64,000 nucleotides of DNA, taken from positions 45,384,001 to 45,448,000 of the forward strand of contig NC_042999.1 in the NCBI RefSeq assembly GCF_006345805.1. Reading direction: 5' to 3'. Numbering within the stretch: position 1 is the first letter of the stretch; every line of letters starts with the position of its first letter. Positions 37,580-49,879 of this stretch are shown here, one piece after another. Origin of the DNA: Octopus sinensis (lineage: Eukaryota). Made by a program: the position numbers and the translations under genes. The notes below the pieces were generated by a model that was not told where the DNA came from, ran no database searches, and saw nothing but the letters and a program-made list of their open reading frames with translations.

Positions 37580-38500
37580 ATATATGTATATACAGACTGG
37601 AATTGTAGGCCCATCTCTTGCAATTTCGATCAATTGTATCTTGTCCTCCCTCTTGTATAGAAGTGTGGCTACAATCCACCCTACCTCTACTTCTGGGGGG
37701 ACATTTTAAATTTTTATCCGGGACGTCCTATGTCCTAGATATAAAGGTAAAATTAAATATTTCCACTTTGCAACGTTCAAGTCGAGTACTCCCTTGCATG
37801 CTCCGTTGACTCGAACCTTGCTTCTATTGTGGAGAATTTATCGACTCTGGTTAGATATCTTTCATAGTCGCACCAAGACACTTTTCGATGGTGCTTTCCT
37901 CCAGGTGTTCAAATCTTTTTTTTTCTCTACATTGTATACTTTATAGACAATAGTCTTTTCTTTAATTTAATTTTTTATTTCGTTTGGTGGTGTTATTCTA
38001 GATTCACCGTCTTTGTTGGTGATCAATTCAAAATAGGTTTGTATTTCTTCCATTTTAATTTTAATGAGTTCGCGCCCGCCGACGGCTGCAGCAAAATTCC
38101 TTTTGGGACTTTCTTCTATAGAAGGCATTTTAACAAAAATGCTTTCGTATAAACGGTGAAACTATTGTCAATTTCCCCAAACAGGGACACAATTCAATTT
38201 TTAAACAATAACCAAAGCTCCTTCTCCCAAAGGGGAGGGTTACGGTTTACAATTATTTAACAAATGCAACACAACATCGTTTCCCTTACGAGGAACCAAC
38301 AAACGTGAAAACAATAGTTAAACAGTAATAATAATAACAACAAACCTTACAGTGAATCAAAAAGCAGTACGCAGTTGAAGCTATAGTCCTTTATGTATAA
38401 GAAATAAACCAACAGCAGTACTCAGTAGAAGTGGCTGTTCGAGAAAACAGACATTACATACAGCCAAACTTCATATAGATACTTAATGCTAGCTAATTAG
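37580..38500 (-). mobile_element. Probable LINE 5' end with decayed ORF1
   Basis: CpG-containing leader, then MPSIEESPKRNFAAAVGG... continuing with frameshifts to LPLYLGHRTSRIKI.NVPPEVEVGWIVATLL. Clade not determined. Confidence 0.4.
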
Positions 38501-38814
38501 CAGATAATCTAATGTAAAAGCCGTGGTAAACGATATGTGCACACCTCCATCTGGACTATTCCATTTCTGCACCCTAATTTTATTTTTAATTTATTTCTAT
38601 TCATGTGAAACCACTTATTCAAGTTCGAGTCATTGACGCAATTTTATACCAATTGCTATTTTTACTTTTAATTGTTATATTACGATTTAATTTAGTTTGA
38701 TTTTAATTATTACTTACTACATATAATTCAATTGTTATTATTATCTCTAATTTTTATTGTCCAAGTGAAAGTATCTGACATAAAATAGAGAAATGTTTTT
38801 GTTTCACCTTTAAC

Positions 38815-39129
38815 ATGTAATACTGAAATAGTGGAGAAGGTATGATATTGCTATGGGCTTGCCCTAGGCAAGAAGTTGAACATTTTTTTGCCCATGAAAC
38901 TACATGTGTAAAATTTGAATGAAATTGGTTGTGTAGTTCTCAAGTTTTAGGGAATCATAGTGGAGAAGATATGATATTCTGTGGGCTCGCCATAGGCAAA
39001 AAGTTAAAACTAAGTAAAACCTAAGTAAGGCATGTGTAAAATTTGAATGAAATTGGTTGAGTAGTTCTTAAGTTTTAGGGAAACACACAGACAGAAAGAC
39101 AGACACATTCTCAGTTTTATATATATAGA
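38815..39129 (-). mobile_element. Helitron-like 5' end with two internal repeats of about 135 bp
   Basis: Minus strand starts TCTATATATATAAAACTGAGAATGTGTCTGTC, resembling the 18730 Helitron 5' end. Confidence 0.55.
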
Positions 39130-39139
39130 TATATATATA

Positions 39140-39692
39140 TATTCTGTTTTTCTTTTATTTGTTTCAGTCATATTTGACTGTAGCCATGCTGGAGCACTGC
39201 CTTGAAGCTTTTTAGTCGAACAAATCGACGCCAGGTCTTATTTTTAAAGCCTAGTACTATCTGTCCCATTTGCTGAACCATTAAGTTACAGGGATGTAAA
39301 CACACTAACACCGGTTGTCAAGTGATGATGTGGGGACAAGCAAAGACACAAAGACACACACATACATAGATATATACATATATGTAGTCCACTCTGGTAA
39401 ACAGTTGTTGTTGGGAAGGGCATCCAGCTGTCTGGTGCAGGCTTCTGCCTGGCCAGTTCCTATCAGACTGTCTCACTCATGCCAGCATGGGAGGCAGATG
39501 TTAAACAAAGAGGATGATGATAATGATGATATGCATGATGGACTTATTTCAGTTCCCATCTACCAAATCTACTCACAAGACTTCAGTCAGCCTGGAGCTA
39601 TAGTAGGAGACACTTGCTTAAGTTGTCATGCAGTGGGACTGTACCATATGGCTAGGAACCATGCTTCTTACCACACAGCCATACCTGCACCT
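39140..39692 (-). mobile_element. SINE family B containing a family C fragment (39395-39530)
   Basis: Both family B halves flank GGAAGGGCATCCAGCTG...GATGAT. Confidence 0.8.
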
Positions 39693-39705
39693 ATATATAT
39701 ATATA

Positions 39706-39780
<75 letters not shown>

Positions 39781-40051
39781 TATATATAATATATATATAT
39801 ATATATACAAGATAAGAAAATGGAGAAATACATCTAAATCAAATATCATTACCAGATAATACTCAATCACATACTTTATTAAACCACCACATAAGAGACT
39901 GTAGGGTTAAATATAAAAAGCAGAACAAATCAATGTACATAAAGGAATGTACATAAAAAAGCGTACATAAAAGAGTAATGTTGTATAATATGTAGAATAT
40001 ATATAAAAGAGAATATAAATACAAGTAAATATAAATATAAGTATAAATTAG

Positions 40052-40178
40052 ATCTTACAGCTGTTTTGGCCATGTTGATAAGTATGTCTCATTTTACCAA
40101 TATTAGCCCTTTATGGTTGGTCAATATATAGATATAAATGAGACATTTACAAAAATATCACAAGGCCTCTTCAGAGAT
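40052..40178 (-). ncRNA. Hammerhead-ribozyme-like motif with long helix II insert
   Basis: ATCT-CTGAAGA-GGCC-(about 90 nt)-GGCC-AAAA-C-AGCT-G-TA-AGAT. G12 has become A at a CpG. Confidence 0.55.
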
Positions 40179-40630
40179 TATGTAATATGCAGCTCCATTT
40201 AAGGAAAATTATTAACTGGAACATGGACATACATATATTCCGCTCTGGATCATAATGTAAGAGTTATTAATAATATTATGAATGATAATAATGATAACAT
40301 TAATGGTATTGACAACGATAATGATGCTAAATTTAATGACACTTTAGAAATTATTATGAAATAATACTATTGACTATGTATATTTGCATCTAGGTATTAA
40401 TTTGTGAATGTTTATTATCACAATATTAAGTCGAAAAACCAAGACATTGAGTGTGGAACACATATATATGTTTACTAATTTATATTATTTATTTACATCA
40501 TTATGTAAATGTATATTTTTATATGTATAGGAGAGTGAGTATATGCACTCATATGTATATATATATGTTGTATTGTGGGTACGCACCCACACCCATGTGG
40601 GTATATATGTTGACTGAGTTATATTACATA

Positions 40631-40757
40631 ATCTCTGAAGAGACCTTGTGATATTTTTGCAAATGTCTCATTTATATCTATATATTGACCAACCATAAAG
40701 GGCTATTATTGGTAAAATGAGACATACTTATCGACATGGCCAAAACAGCTGTAAGAT
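40631..40757 (+). ncRNA. Hammerhead-ribozyme-like motif with long helix II insert
   Basis: ATCT-CTGAAGA-GACC-...-GGCC-AAAA-C-AGCT-G-TA-AGAT. Confidence 0.5.
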
Positions 40758-41176
40758 CTAATTTATACTTATATTTATATTTACTTGTATTTATATTCTC
40801 TTTTATATATATTCTACTTATTATACAACATTACTCTTTTATGTACACTTTTTTATGTACATTCCTTTATGTACACTGATTTGTTCTGCTTTTTATATTT
40901 AACCCTACAGTCTCTTATGTGGTGGTTTAATAAAGTATGTGATTGAGTATTATCTGGTAATTGATATTTGATTCAGATCTATTTCTCTATTTTCTTATCT
41001 TGTATTAGTAATTTGTGGTAAATCATTTTACCTTTGCTCATATAATACAGTAAATGAATTGATTGCATCGCAATCATTAACATTTATGCATTAACTTTGT
41101 TGGGTACTTCACTAGCAGTATATTGGATATATGTTATCCCATAGAGGGTTGCATTTACAACCCCTATCTCAATTTG

Positions 41177-41207
<31 letters not shown>

Positions 41208-41256
41208 CATACATACATACATACATACATACATACATACATGCATACATACATGC

Positions 41257-41359
<103 letters not shown>

Positions 41360-41360
41360 C

Positions 41361-41565
41361 AAATAAGCAACAAGGATATCCAGAGGTAATGCAGTACGAT
41401 CGTTTCATGCAGCTCCATTTAATTGAACAATGCAATTATTACATCAGTTTAAAATGAAGAGCAATCTTCAGCTGCACAAAGACATAGAATTTAATTAAAT
41501 TAGAACAGATGGACACATTTGTATAATTATGCTGCATTACTTCTGGATATCCTTGTTGCTTATTT
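41361..41565. mobile_element. 205-bp element with 34-bp terminal inverted repeats enclosing a hammerhead motif
   Basis: 41361-41394 pairs with 41532-41565 with one mismatch. Confidence 0.8.
41390..41476 (-). ncRNA. Hammerhead-ribozyme-like motif, catalytic core intact
   Basis: TGCAG-CTGAAGA-TTGC...GCAT-GAAA-C-GATC-G-TA-CTGCA, with a perfect 5-bp helix I. Confidence 0.6.
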
Positions 41566-41641
41566 CCTAACTTTGAAATTGCATGGATAATACCATACTA
41601 AATTCTGGTGTCTCAACTTAAGTACCATATTCATCTGAATC

Positions 41642-41675
<34 letters not shown>

Positions 41676-42039
41676 TGTATATTTAATGTGAATATATGTG
41701 TCTATGTTTATACCAGTTAAGACAAAACAAGTATTGATATTAATGCTGTGTGTTCTTATGACCTGTAACTTAGCAGTTTGATAAACTGGAATTGATAGAG
41801 TAAGTACAAGAGTGAAATGAGTACTGAATTCAACATGGTCGACTAAAAATTCTTGAAGGTAAAAGCCCACCATGAACACAATCCAATGACAGAAACCAAT
41901 AAAATAATAAAATATATATGAATTGGAGTATATCTCGTTATAGCAAGCAATTAAATCTTTATCTATATTATACTCCTTTCATGTTGAAATTATTTTCGGA
42001 ATTATATAGTTTTATGTTATTGACATTTATACACTTACG

Positions 42040-42480
42040 CGCGTGCACACACACACACACAGACACACACACATACACAAACACACACACACACCTGCAC
42101 ATACATACATGCACATACAGATGCACACAAACACATATGCAAATACAAACATACATGCACACACATACACATATGCACACATACACATACGCACACATAC
42201 ACACACACATACACATGCACACAAACCTATATACAAGTACACACGCACATATATGCACATATTTTCACATATACACACACATACATGCACATACATACAC
42301 ATGCACACACACTCACACACACATATAGGCACAGACATATAATTACATACACGCACACATACAGATATACATGTACACATGTATGCACATATACATACAT
42401 ATACATACATACACACACATACGTAGGTAGACATACACACAGACATACACCCTCTCTCTCTCTCTCTTTGTCACTCTCAC
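42040..42480. repeat. Degenerate (CA)n/(CATA)n microsatellite
   Basis: Directly visible. Confidence 0.9.
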
Positions 42481-42604
42481 ACACACTTTATTACTTATTA
42501 GACTGGGAAATATTCTTTCAATTTTTGCTGGTGTTTTTTATATTCTCTGTGATTCTGTAATTCTGTGATTCTACCATTGCCCACTTCACTATCTCAAGTA
42601 AGCA

Positions 42605-42646
<42 letters not shown>

Positions 42647-42654
42647 GATATGAG

Positions 42655-43310
42655 TGCAAAGTATTTTAGCAATGCTTTTTATTTTTTTTTTTTACTCCCT
42701 TCCCTCTCACATTCTTCATTTCCATGTGGACTACTTCTTTGTCGCTTTGATTCTTTTGATGCTCTTCATTGTTTTTCCTAAGCCATTCTGGGTCTTTTAT
42801 ATCTTCTTGCATTCCTTCCTCTCTGATGTCGAGTCCCACTACCTTCTTGATCTTTTTGCCTGTTATTAGGTATTCTGTTATTTCTATTCCGTCACATCTT
42901 GACATATGCTTTAAGTCCCCTTTGAATTGATTTTTATAATTCACTTTGGTGTGTATCATATTTAACCTTAATATTAATATTTCTTTATATGTTCTGACAA
43001 TCTACTTCTCCAGGTATTCCTGCTGTCTGAACTTTACATTGCTCAGAAATCTCAATTTTGCATTCTGTATATTTTCTTCTTTTCTTTTTTGTTTAAATTC
43101 TTCAACTATTTTCTTTGATTCTTTTCTTTCACAGTAATTTCTTCAACGTTCTTATTGTTTCTAACTCCATTTTTATTTTCCCTTTGTCCTCTCATTTTTC
43201 TCAACTCATTAATCCAATTGTCACCTTTTTCTTCTTTCATCTATCTGTTCAATTGGAATCAATCTTAGAATCAGTTTTTCTTCTGACTTACTTGACTCAT
43301 ACATCGGCAT
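42655..43310 (-). repeat. Unclassified interspersed repeat; partial + strand copy at 37160-37330
   Basis: CAATTCAAAGGGGACTTA...GATGTGAC.GAATAGAAATAACAG is shared between the two loci. Confidence 0.6.
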
Positions 43311-43335
43311 GATCTTTTTTTCATTTCATAAATTA

Positions 43336-43728
43336 CTAGCAGTATCGCCCGGCGTTGCTCAGGTTTGTTTCGACCCTTTAGAATTGGAACTTTTGGAAAA
43401 GTAAAAATTTTGCATTATGTAGCTTGTAATTCTCTTTAAGTGAACATTTTTCTGGTTGAAATACACCGTAAAATGGCGACACAGCAGTAAAAAAAATCGT
43501 AAAAAATCGGGATTTTCATAGAAAAAAAGCACCTTTTTTTATGTAAATAATTTTTGGTGTTAACATGATCCGATTTGAATTTTATCTTCTATGGAATGAA
43601 GAGCAAGCCTTCTTCTATCACTGTCAATGTTGGTCAACTTGCATCGCAGGGTCTCGGAGGAGATAGTGTTAGTTGAAGGCTACCAAACCTGCCATACACA
43701 GACAACTTCAGCTTTATATATATAAAGA
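43336..43728 (-). mobile_element. Non-autonomous Helitron (same family as 18730)
   Basis: Reverse-complement match along its length; TC...CTAG termini at an A|T site. Confidence 0.85.
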
Positions 43729-44400
43729 TTATATTGTAGTAAGGCCATCCCACCTATGATTGCATAGCTGGAAAGGTTTACTATTATTATGGGTATGCGG
43801 GTAATTTGTAAATACGATCATGTCCTGCATAGTTACAGGTTACCTTTTGGCAGGTACAGCACTTGTTCAGCCACCCAGAGATAAAGCAAAGTCATGGGGC
43901 TACATCATGGTGGAATGTGAAGAGGCAGCAGAAGAGCTCAGCAGAGCCAACACTGCTTCTTAGATCAATGCTGATGAGAGGAATTGTAGAAGATCAATGG
44001 TCAGGATCACCAAGCTCCAGCAAGAGAGTAATTGCAATGTATCCATAGGGATGGCATCCATGGTTGTGTAATCAGCTAATGAAAGATTCACCATAACTCA
44101 AGCTCTGAATTCAAATTCATAATAATGGAATTAAATGGTGATAGAGAGCCATGGGAATCCATGAAAGCAGTGCAAGTAATAATAGTAAATATTACTGGCT
44201 TAATTTTTTCTTCACAGTTGAATGCCCTATCTATTGCTCACCTCTTCACTGAAAAACAGATACAGACTGTACCATCTCAAGGCAGAGATACAAAAGGCAG
44301 TTGTCAAGAGGCCCCATGGATATAGGAATCCAATACTAATCTATGCAAACTGTGATTTGCTATCAATAATACTAATACTATAGGCAGGGCTGGATTAGAA

Positions 44401-45065
44401 GGCACATGGCTCAGTAGTTAGGACATCAGGTTCACAATCATGAGGTAGTGAATTCAATTCCTAGATCAGGCTGTGTGTTGTGTGCTTGAGCAAGACACTT
44501 TACTTCACATTGCTTCAGTTTACTCAGCTTCAGAAATGAGCTGCGATATCACTGGTGCCAAATTGCATCAGCTTTTGCCTTTCCCTTGGATAATATCAGC
44601 GGCATGGAGAAGGGAGCCTGGTATGCATGGGCAACTGCCAGTCTTCCATAAACAACTTTATCTGGACTTGTGCCTCGGTGGTGGTTATCAGTTATCAACC
44701 AGAGATCAAATGCAATTTCATGACTTCACCGATAATATTGTTCCCCTCTGGTGAAACCAACAGCAAGAGGCTACTGGGAAATGACAAGCCAACAAACAAG
44801 GGACCAAATATGACAGAATAACATATATGTTTTTGCTGATTTTTGGCAATTTTCTGGAACCCCAGTATCCAAAAACGAGGATTTTTGCCAAAAAAAAAAA
44901 AAATTACAAAAATAAAACAAATTTGGGAGAAATTGGAGGTGAGGATGGGTGGAAGTCTTTCCCAAGCAGCTGACAAAAATGAATAATCCTATGATGGACT
45001 GGTGACCCCATTTCTAGGCGCAATCCCATGGTCATTCATAACTGAAGGGGTCTTTACCCTTTACC
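44401..45065 (+). mobile_element. tRNA-derived CORE-type SINE interrupted by a 328-bp insertion
   Basis: Matches 58117-58453 on both sides of 44684-45011. Confidence 0.85.
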
Positions 45066-45584
45066 CTACACAGGACTGGGTTAAGCACCGACTATAGGCC
45101 CCAGTGCATAACATTTTCTCAGAATTCTATAATGATGTTAAGATGGTGGCCCAAGATGTCGAACCTGCTTATTGTCAGCCAGAGAAACTAGAACAAGCAG
45201 GAGATAGTGCCTATCTCAAGAACACCACACAACAGCTTGAAAAATTTGACTAAATAACCATATGGTTATTTTGCCAATATATCAAAATAAATACCAATGT
45301 AATAGGATTTCAATTACCAACAAGTATATATCTGTGTCATTAATCAATCAATATATTCTTCCAATCTTTGTTATACATATGATTAAATTACTTAATCTCC
45401 TCATACACGAAATCACATAAACTTCGCAGACATACAATACTAAAATGTGGTCATTATAAATACCTAATATTAGTTTTTGGTCGGTCTACAACAACCATTC
45501 CGTCCATTAACTATCTACTGTGGTTTCCCATAATGTATCCAAGATGATAACTATGAATGTTAGTGGATACTAAACAAGCTTATA

Positions 45585-45702
45585 ATATGTGTGTGTGTGT
45601 GAATGTGTGTGTGTGTGTGTACATGTTTTTGCCTGTACATATTTTTCTCTGTATGCTATGTTTTTCTGGAACAGAATATCTTTGCGTTTCTATATTCATA
45701 TA

Positions 45703-45753
<51 letters not shown>

Positions 45754-46030
45754 GTATATATATATGTATATATATATGTATATATATATATGTGTGTGTG
45801 TGTGTTTATGTGTGTGTGTGTGTGTGTGTATAGATATTTATCAGCATATGTTTATGAATGTCTGAGTGTGTATGTGTGTTTGTTTGTATGTGCTTATGTT
45901 CGCATGTGTATGTGTGTGTATTTGTATGTTTGTGTGTGTGTGTGTGTATGTCTGTGCGTATGTGTAGGTTTTCGTATCTGTGTGTGTGTGTGTGCATGTG
46001 TATGTATGTATGTGTGTGAGTGTGTGTTTT
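45585..46030. repeat. (GT)n/(TA)n compound microsatellite
   Basis: Directly visible. Confidence 0.9.
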
Positions 46031-46580
46031 CTCTATCCAGTCTCTATTAAAAACATATTTGGCAAACATTGGCAGAAAATGTTTGAACAACTTTGGTCTA
46101 CTGAAAATGGTGCCAGTCATACACAGTAGTTATACACAGACAGACACACGTGCACATATACACAAGCAGACATACATGCATATAGATACCTACATACATA
46201 CATACATACATACATACATACATACATACATACATACATACATAGAGGCAGACACACAGTCAGACAAAAACACAGACAGCATCTGCTAAACAAAGGTCGA
46301 AATATATACCAAGCACATAAAAATGAAATGAATAACATTCTCCTGATTGGCAGAGAATCCCTGAATAAAATTTCATTTCCTGATGATTACTCCAATGAAC
46401 CCAGAAACACAAGACTAGCACACTTCAGCAAAGCTTTGGAAGAGAAACCTTTTTCATACCTTGCAAAGCTGGCTGCAAACCCAGGTGTCACCTGTAATGT
46501 GGAGGAGAGAAAAATCAATAAATGCAGTAAAGTTACCTTCTCTAGTCATACAGAATCATAAGGCTGGTTTCATGGCATAT

Positions 46581-46980
46581 ATACTCTTTTACTTGTTTCA
46601 GTCATTTGACTGCGGCCATGCTGGAGCACCGCCTTTAGTTGAGCAACTCAACCTCGAGACTTATTCTTTGTAAGCCCAGTACTTATTCTATCGGTCTCTT
46701 TTGCCGAACCGCTAAGTGACGGGGACATAAACACACCAGCATCGGTTGTCAAGCAATGCTAGGGGGACAAACACAGACACACAAACACACACACATATAT
46801 ATATATACATATATACGACAGGCTTCTTTCAGTTTCCGTCTACCAAATCCACTCACAAGTCTTTGGTCGGCCCGAGGCTATAGTAGAAGACACTTGCCCA
46901 AGGTGCCATGCAGTGGGACTGAACCCGGAACCATGTGGTTGGTAAACAAGCTACTTACCACACAGCCACTCCTGCGCCTA
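46581..46980 (-). mobile_element. SINE family B (young, CpG-rich)
   Basis: Close to the family consensus. Confidence 0.92.
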
Positions 46981-47476
46981 TATATATATTCCCCACCTGG
47001 ATGGGGTCACCAGTCTGTCATAGGATTATTCATTTTTGTCAGCTGCTTGGGGAAGACTTCCACCCATCCCCACCTCCAATTTCTCCCAAATTTGTTTATT
47101 TTTGTAATTTTTTTTTTTTTGCCAAAAATCCTCGTTTTTGGATACGGAGGTTCCAGAAAATTGCCAAAATTCGGCAAAAACAAGGACTGGCGAACACATA
47201 TATGTTATTCTGTCATATTTGGTCCCTTGTTTGTTGGCTTGTCATTTCCCAGTAGCCTCTTGCTGTTGGTTTCACCAGAGGGGAACAATATTATCGGTGA
47301 AGTCATGAAATTGCATTTGATCTCTGGTTGATAACTGATAACAATTTGGTGACAAATTTGTCTTAATAATGACAAAGATATTTTTTAAAATGAATTATTC
47401 ATTATTTTTAAATTAATTGAAACAAAGGCCAAAGTATTTCTATAGAAATGTAGTAATGAAAGAGTTAAACAAATTT

Positions 47477-48222
47477 AGATGAAGATCTTGTTTCATGTGC
47501 AGTGTTGTTTGTTTACCGGGGCTAAGCCATTCCTTACGCTGCTTCATATTGATGTGCAGGCACCATTTTTGGTTGCCAGTAATGATTTGGTAAAGAAATC
47601 ATTGCTTGTGTCCATGAGTTGAACGATGATGAGCAAGCAAACCAGTGGAGATTGTGGCTCATTAATTTTTGTTGTTGTCACTTAAAGCATGCGGTACCCA
47701 TGTTCCATACTTCTGAACCTTTCCCATCGAGTGAAGATGCTTCTCTATAGCAGTGTGGGAGCATTCCATTTTTCCCTGGCAGTTCCCTTGTTGTTTGACA
47801 AGAATTTTCGTGCAAAAGTTGGTTTAATCGCTCTTCATCGAATTCAACTGGACAGCCAAAATGAGGTGCATCTTTGTGGTCAAAATTTCCAATTTTGAAC
47901 TTGGCATACCAATCACGAGTGGTTCTTTCTGCTATGGCACCCTCCCCATATACAGTACAAATGTTGCAAGCAGCTTTTGCGGCCTTACAACCTTGATTAA
48001 GAGCAAAAAGAAGGTGTCGAAAATGCTCATTTTTCTTAACTTGACATTCCATTTTAATGATCTGAAAATAAATAAAAATTAACTAAAATTATCTAGAAAA
48101 ATCGAAATAGATTCCAAAATGATTCAAAAATAGAATTCTTGAAAAAAATAGATTCCAAAATTTAAAAACACAATAAATTCCAAAATTTATAAAAATGGCG
48201 GGAACTTAGTTGCCAAACCAAT
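47477..48222 (-). mobile_element. Mariner 5' part (SETMAR/Hsmar-like transposase remnant)
   Basis: MECQVKKNEHFRHLLF...RDWYAKFKIGNFD...G.PVEFDEERL, then FLYQIITGNQKWCLHINMKQRKEW. TIR ATTGGTTTGGCAACTAAGTTCCCGCC. Confidence 0.9.
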
Positions 48223-48431
48223 GCATGTATGTATGTATGTATGTATGTATGTATGTATGTATGTATGTATGTATGTACGAATGAATGTATGTATGTATGT
48301 ATGTATGTATGTATGTATGTATGAATGTATGTATGTATGTATGTACGAATGAATGTATGTATGTATGAATGTATGTATGTACGAATGAATATATGTATGT
48401 ATGTATACATAAATATTTGCATAAACATTTT

Positions 48432-48471
<40 letters not shown>

Positions 48472-48895
48472 CACACATATTTATACATATATATTTATAT
48501 ACAGACACACACACACACAGGCAGGTGAATAGAAAGAACTACTTTTATGAGATCTAAAACAAATTACAATGTGTTTGATTTCATGGCTTGTGATTTTAAT
48601 GGATATGTTTGACAGCGTCAGCTTCTCTGGTTAACTCAGAAGATATGATGTGGTCTATGAAATGAGGAGAGATCAAGGCTCCTTAAGTTCTCTGATGCAA
48701 ATGTACTAAGCTAACCAACTGAAGCCCCATCTTCAGGAAATCAACCAGCTACTTGATCACCTGTCTATCAGATGAACGTAGAAACCAAATTGACTGTTTA
48801 TTCACCTGGAAAATGGATAGATAAGTGAGTGTGAATAGTATTTTTTTTTTTTTTCGCCCTGTGAAAAGTGTACCATCCAATATGAATTAGTGATT

Positions 48896-49303
48896 ACTCT
48901 TTTACTCTTTTACTTATTTCAGTCATTTGACAGTGGCCATGCTGGAGCACCACCTTTAGTCAAGCAAATCGAGCCCAGGACTTATTCTTCGTAAGCCTTG
49001 TACTTATTCTATCAGTCTCTTTTGCCGAACCGCTAAGTTACGGGGGATGTAAACACACCAGCATTGGTTGTCAAGCGATGTTGGGGAGGACAAACACAGA
49101 CACACAAACAAGTATACACACACACATATATATACATTTATACGATGGGCTTCTTTCAGTTTCCGTCTACCAAATCCACTCACACGGCTTTGGTCGGCCC
49201 AAGGCTATAGTAGAAGACACTTGCCCAAGGTGCCATGCAGTGGGAATGAACCGAGAACCATGTGGTTTGTAAGCAAACTACTTACCACACAGCCGCTCCT
49301 ATG
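48896..49303 (-). mobile_element. SINE family B
   Basis: Full family B structure. Confidence 0.9.
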
Positions 49304-49879
49304 TGATTAGTAACTTCAGAAAAAATGTTAGATGGAACAAGAGACTATAAAAACAATGTAGTGAAGGAGAATATGGAGACTGAAAGGGCCATCAACCAGC
49401 AACAGGTTTCGAGGTGTATTAATTGGTACATATGATGAGATGGGGAGGAAATAGGGGAAAGGGTAACTTCCAGTTGATCATGTGTTATAGATTTCTGTTT
49501 CCTCCTCCAGAAACATCAATTAATAGTTCTTGTGGAATACCAGAATGAAAGACCAAAGAAAGAAAGAAAGAAAGAAAGACCAAAGACATGAGGCTTTCCA
49601 GATTTCAGAGCGGTGTGCTTTGAGAAAACCAAAATGTCATTAGGTATGACATCTTGTGTTGCACCTGAGCAGTTGTGGTGCACCTGAGCACTGTATACAA
49701 TAATTTCATTATTATTATTTTTTTTATCTTGGTTCAGCCTGGTAGCAGGGCATCGGCTGGTACTGATGTTGAAAAGAAAGAGGCATGGTTGTTGTTGTTG
49801 TTGTTAAGCAACATGACAGGTAAGGGTGATTAGGTGATGGTGAGACCCCAGACCTTGGAAAAAAAAAACAAACTTTGGT

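Larger units (their letters stand above)
39806..41004. mobile_element. Penelope-like foldback element: two 383-bp inverted arms, each with a hammerhead motif
   Basis: 39806-40188 is the reverse complement of 40621-41004; the spacer is 432 bp. Confidence 0.85.

Noticed and set aside
45124-45252. Protein-like frame FYNDVKMVAQDVEPAYCQPEKLEQAGDSAYLKNTTQQLEKFD* after an AG
   Set aside because: It directly follows a MITE-like terminus and cannot be linked to other exons. Not excluded, but unsupported.
47500-47592. Apparent phase 2-2 exon with an open frame on the + strand
   Set aside because: It is the antisense of the mariner transposase (FLYQIITGNQKW).
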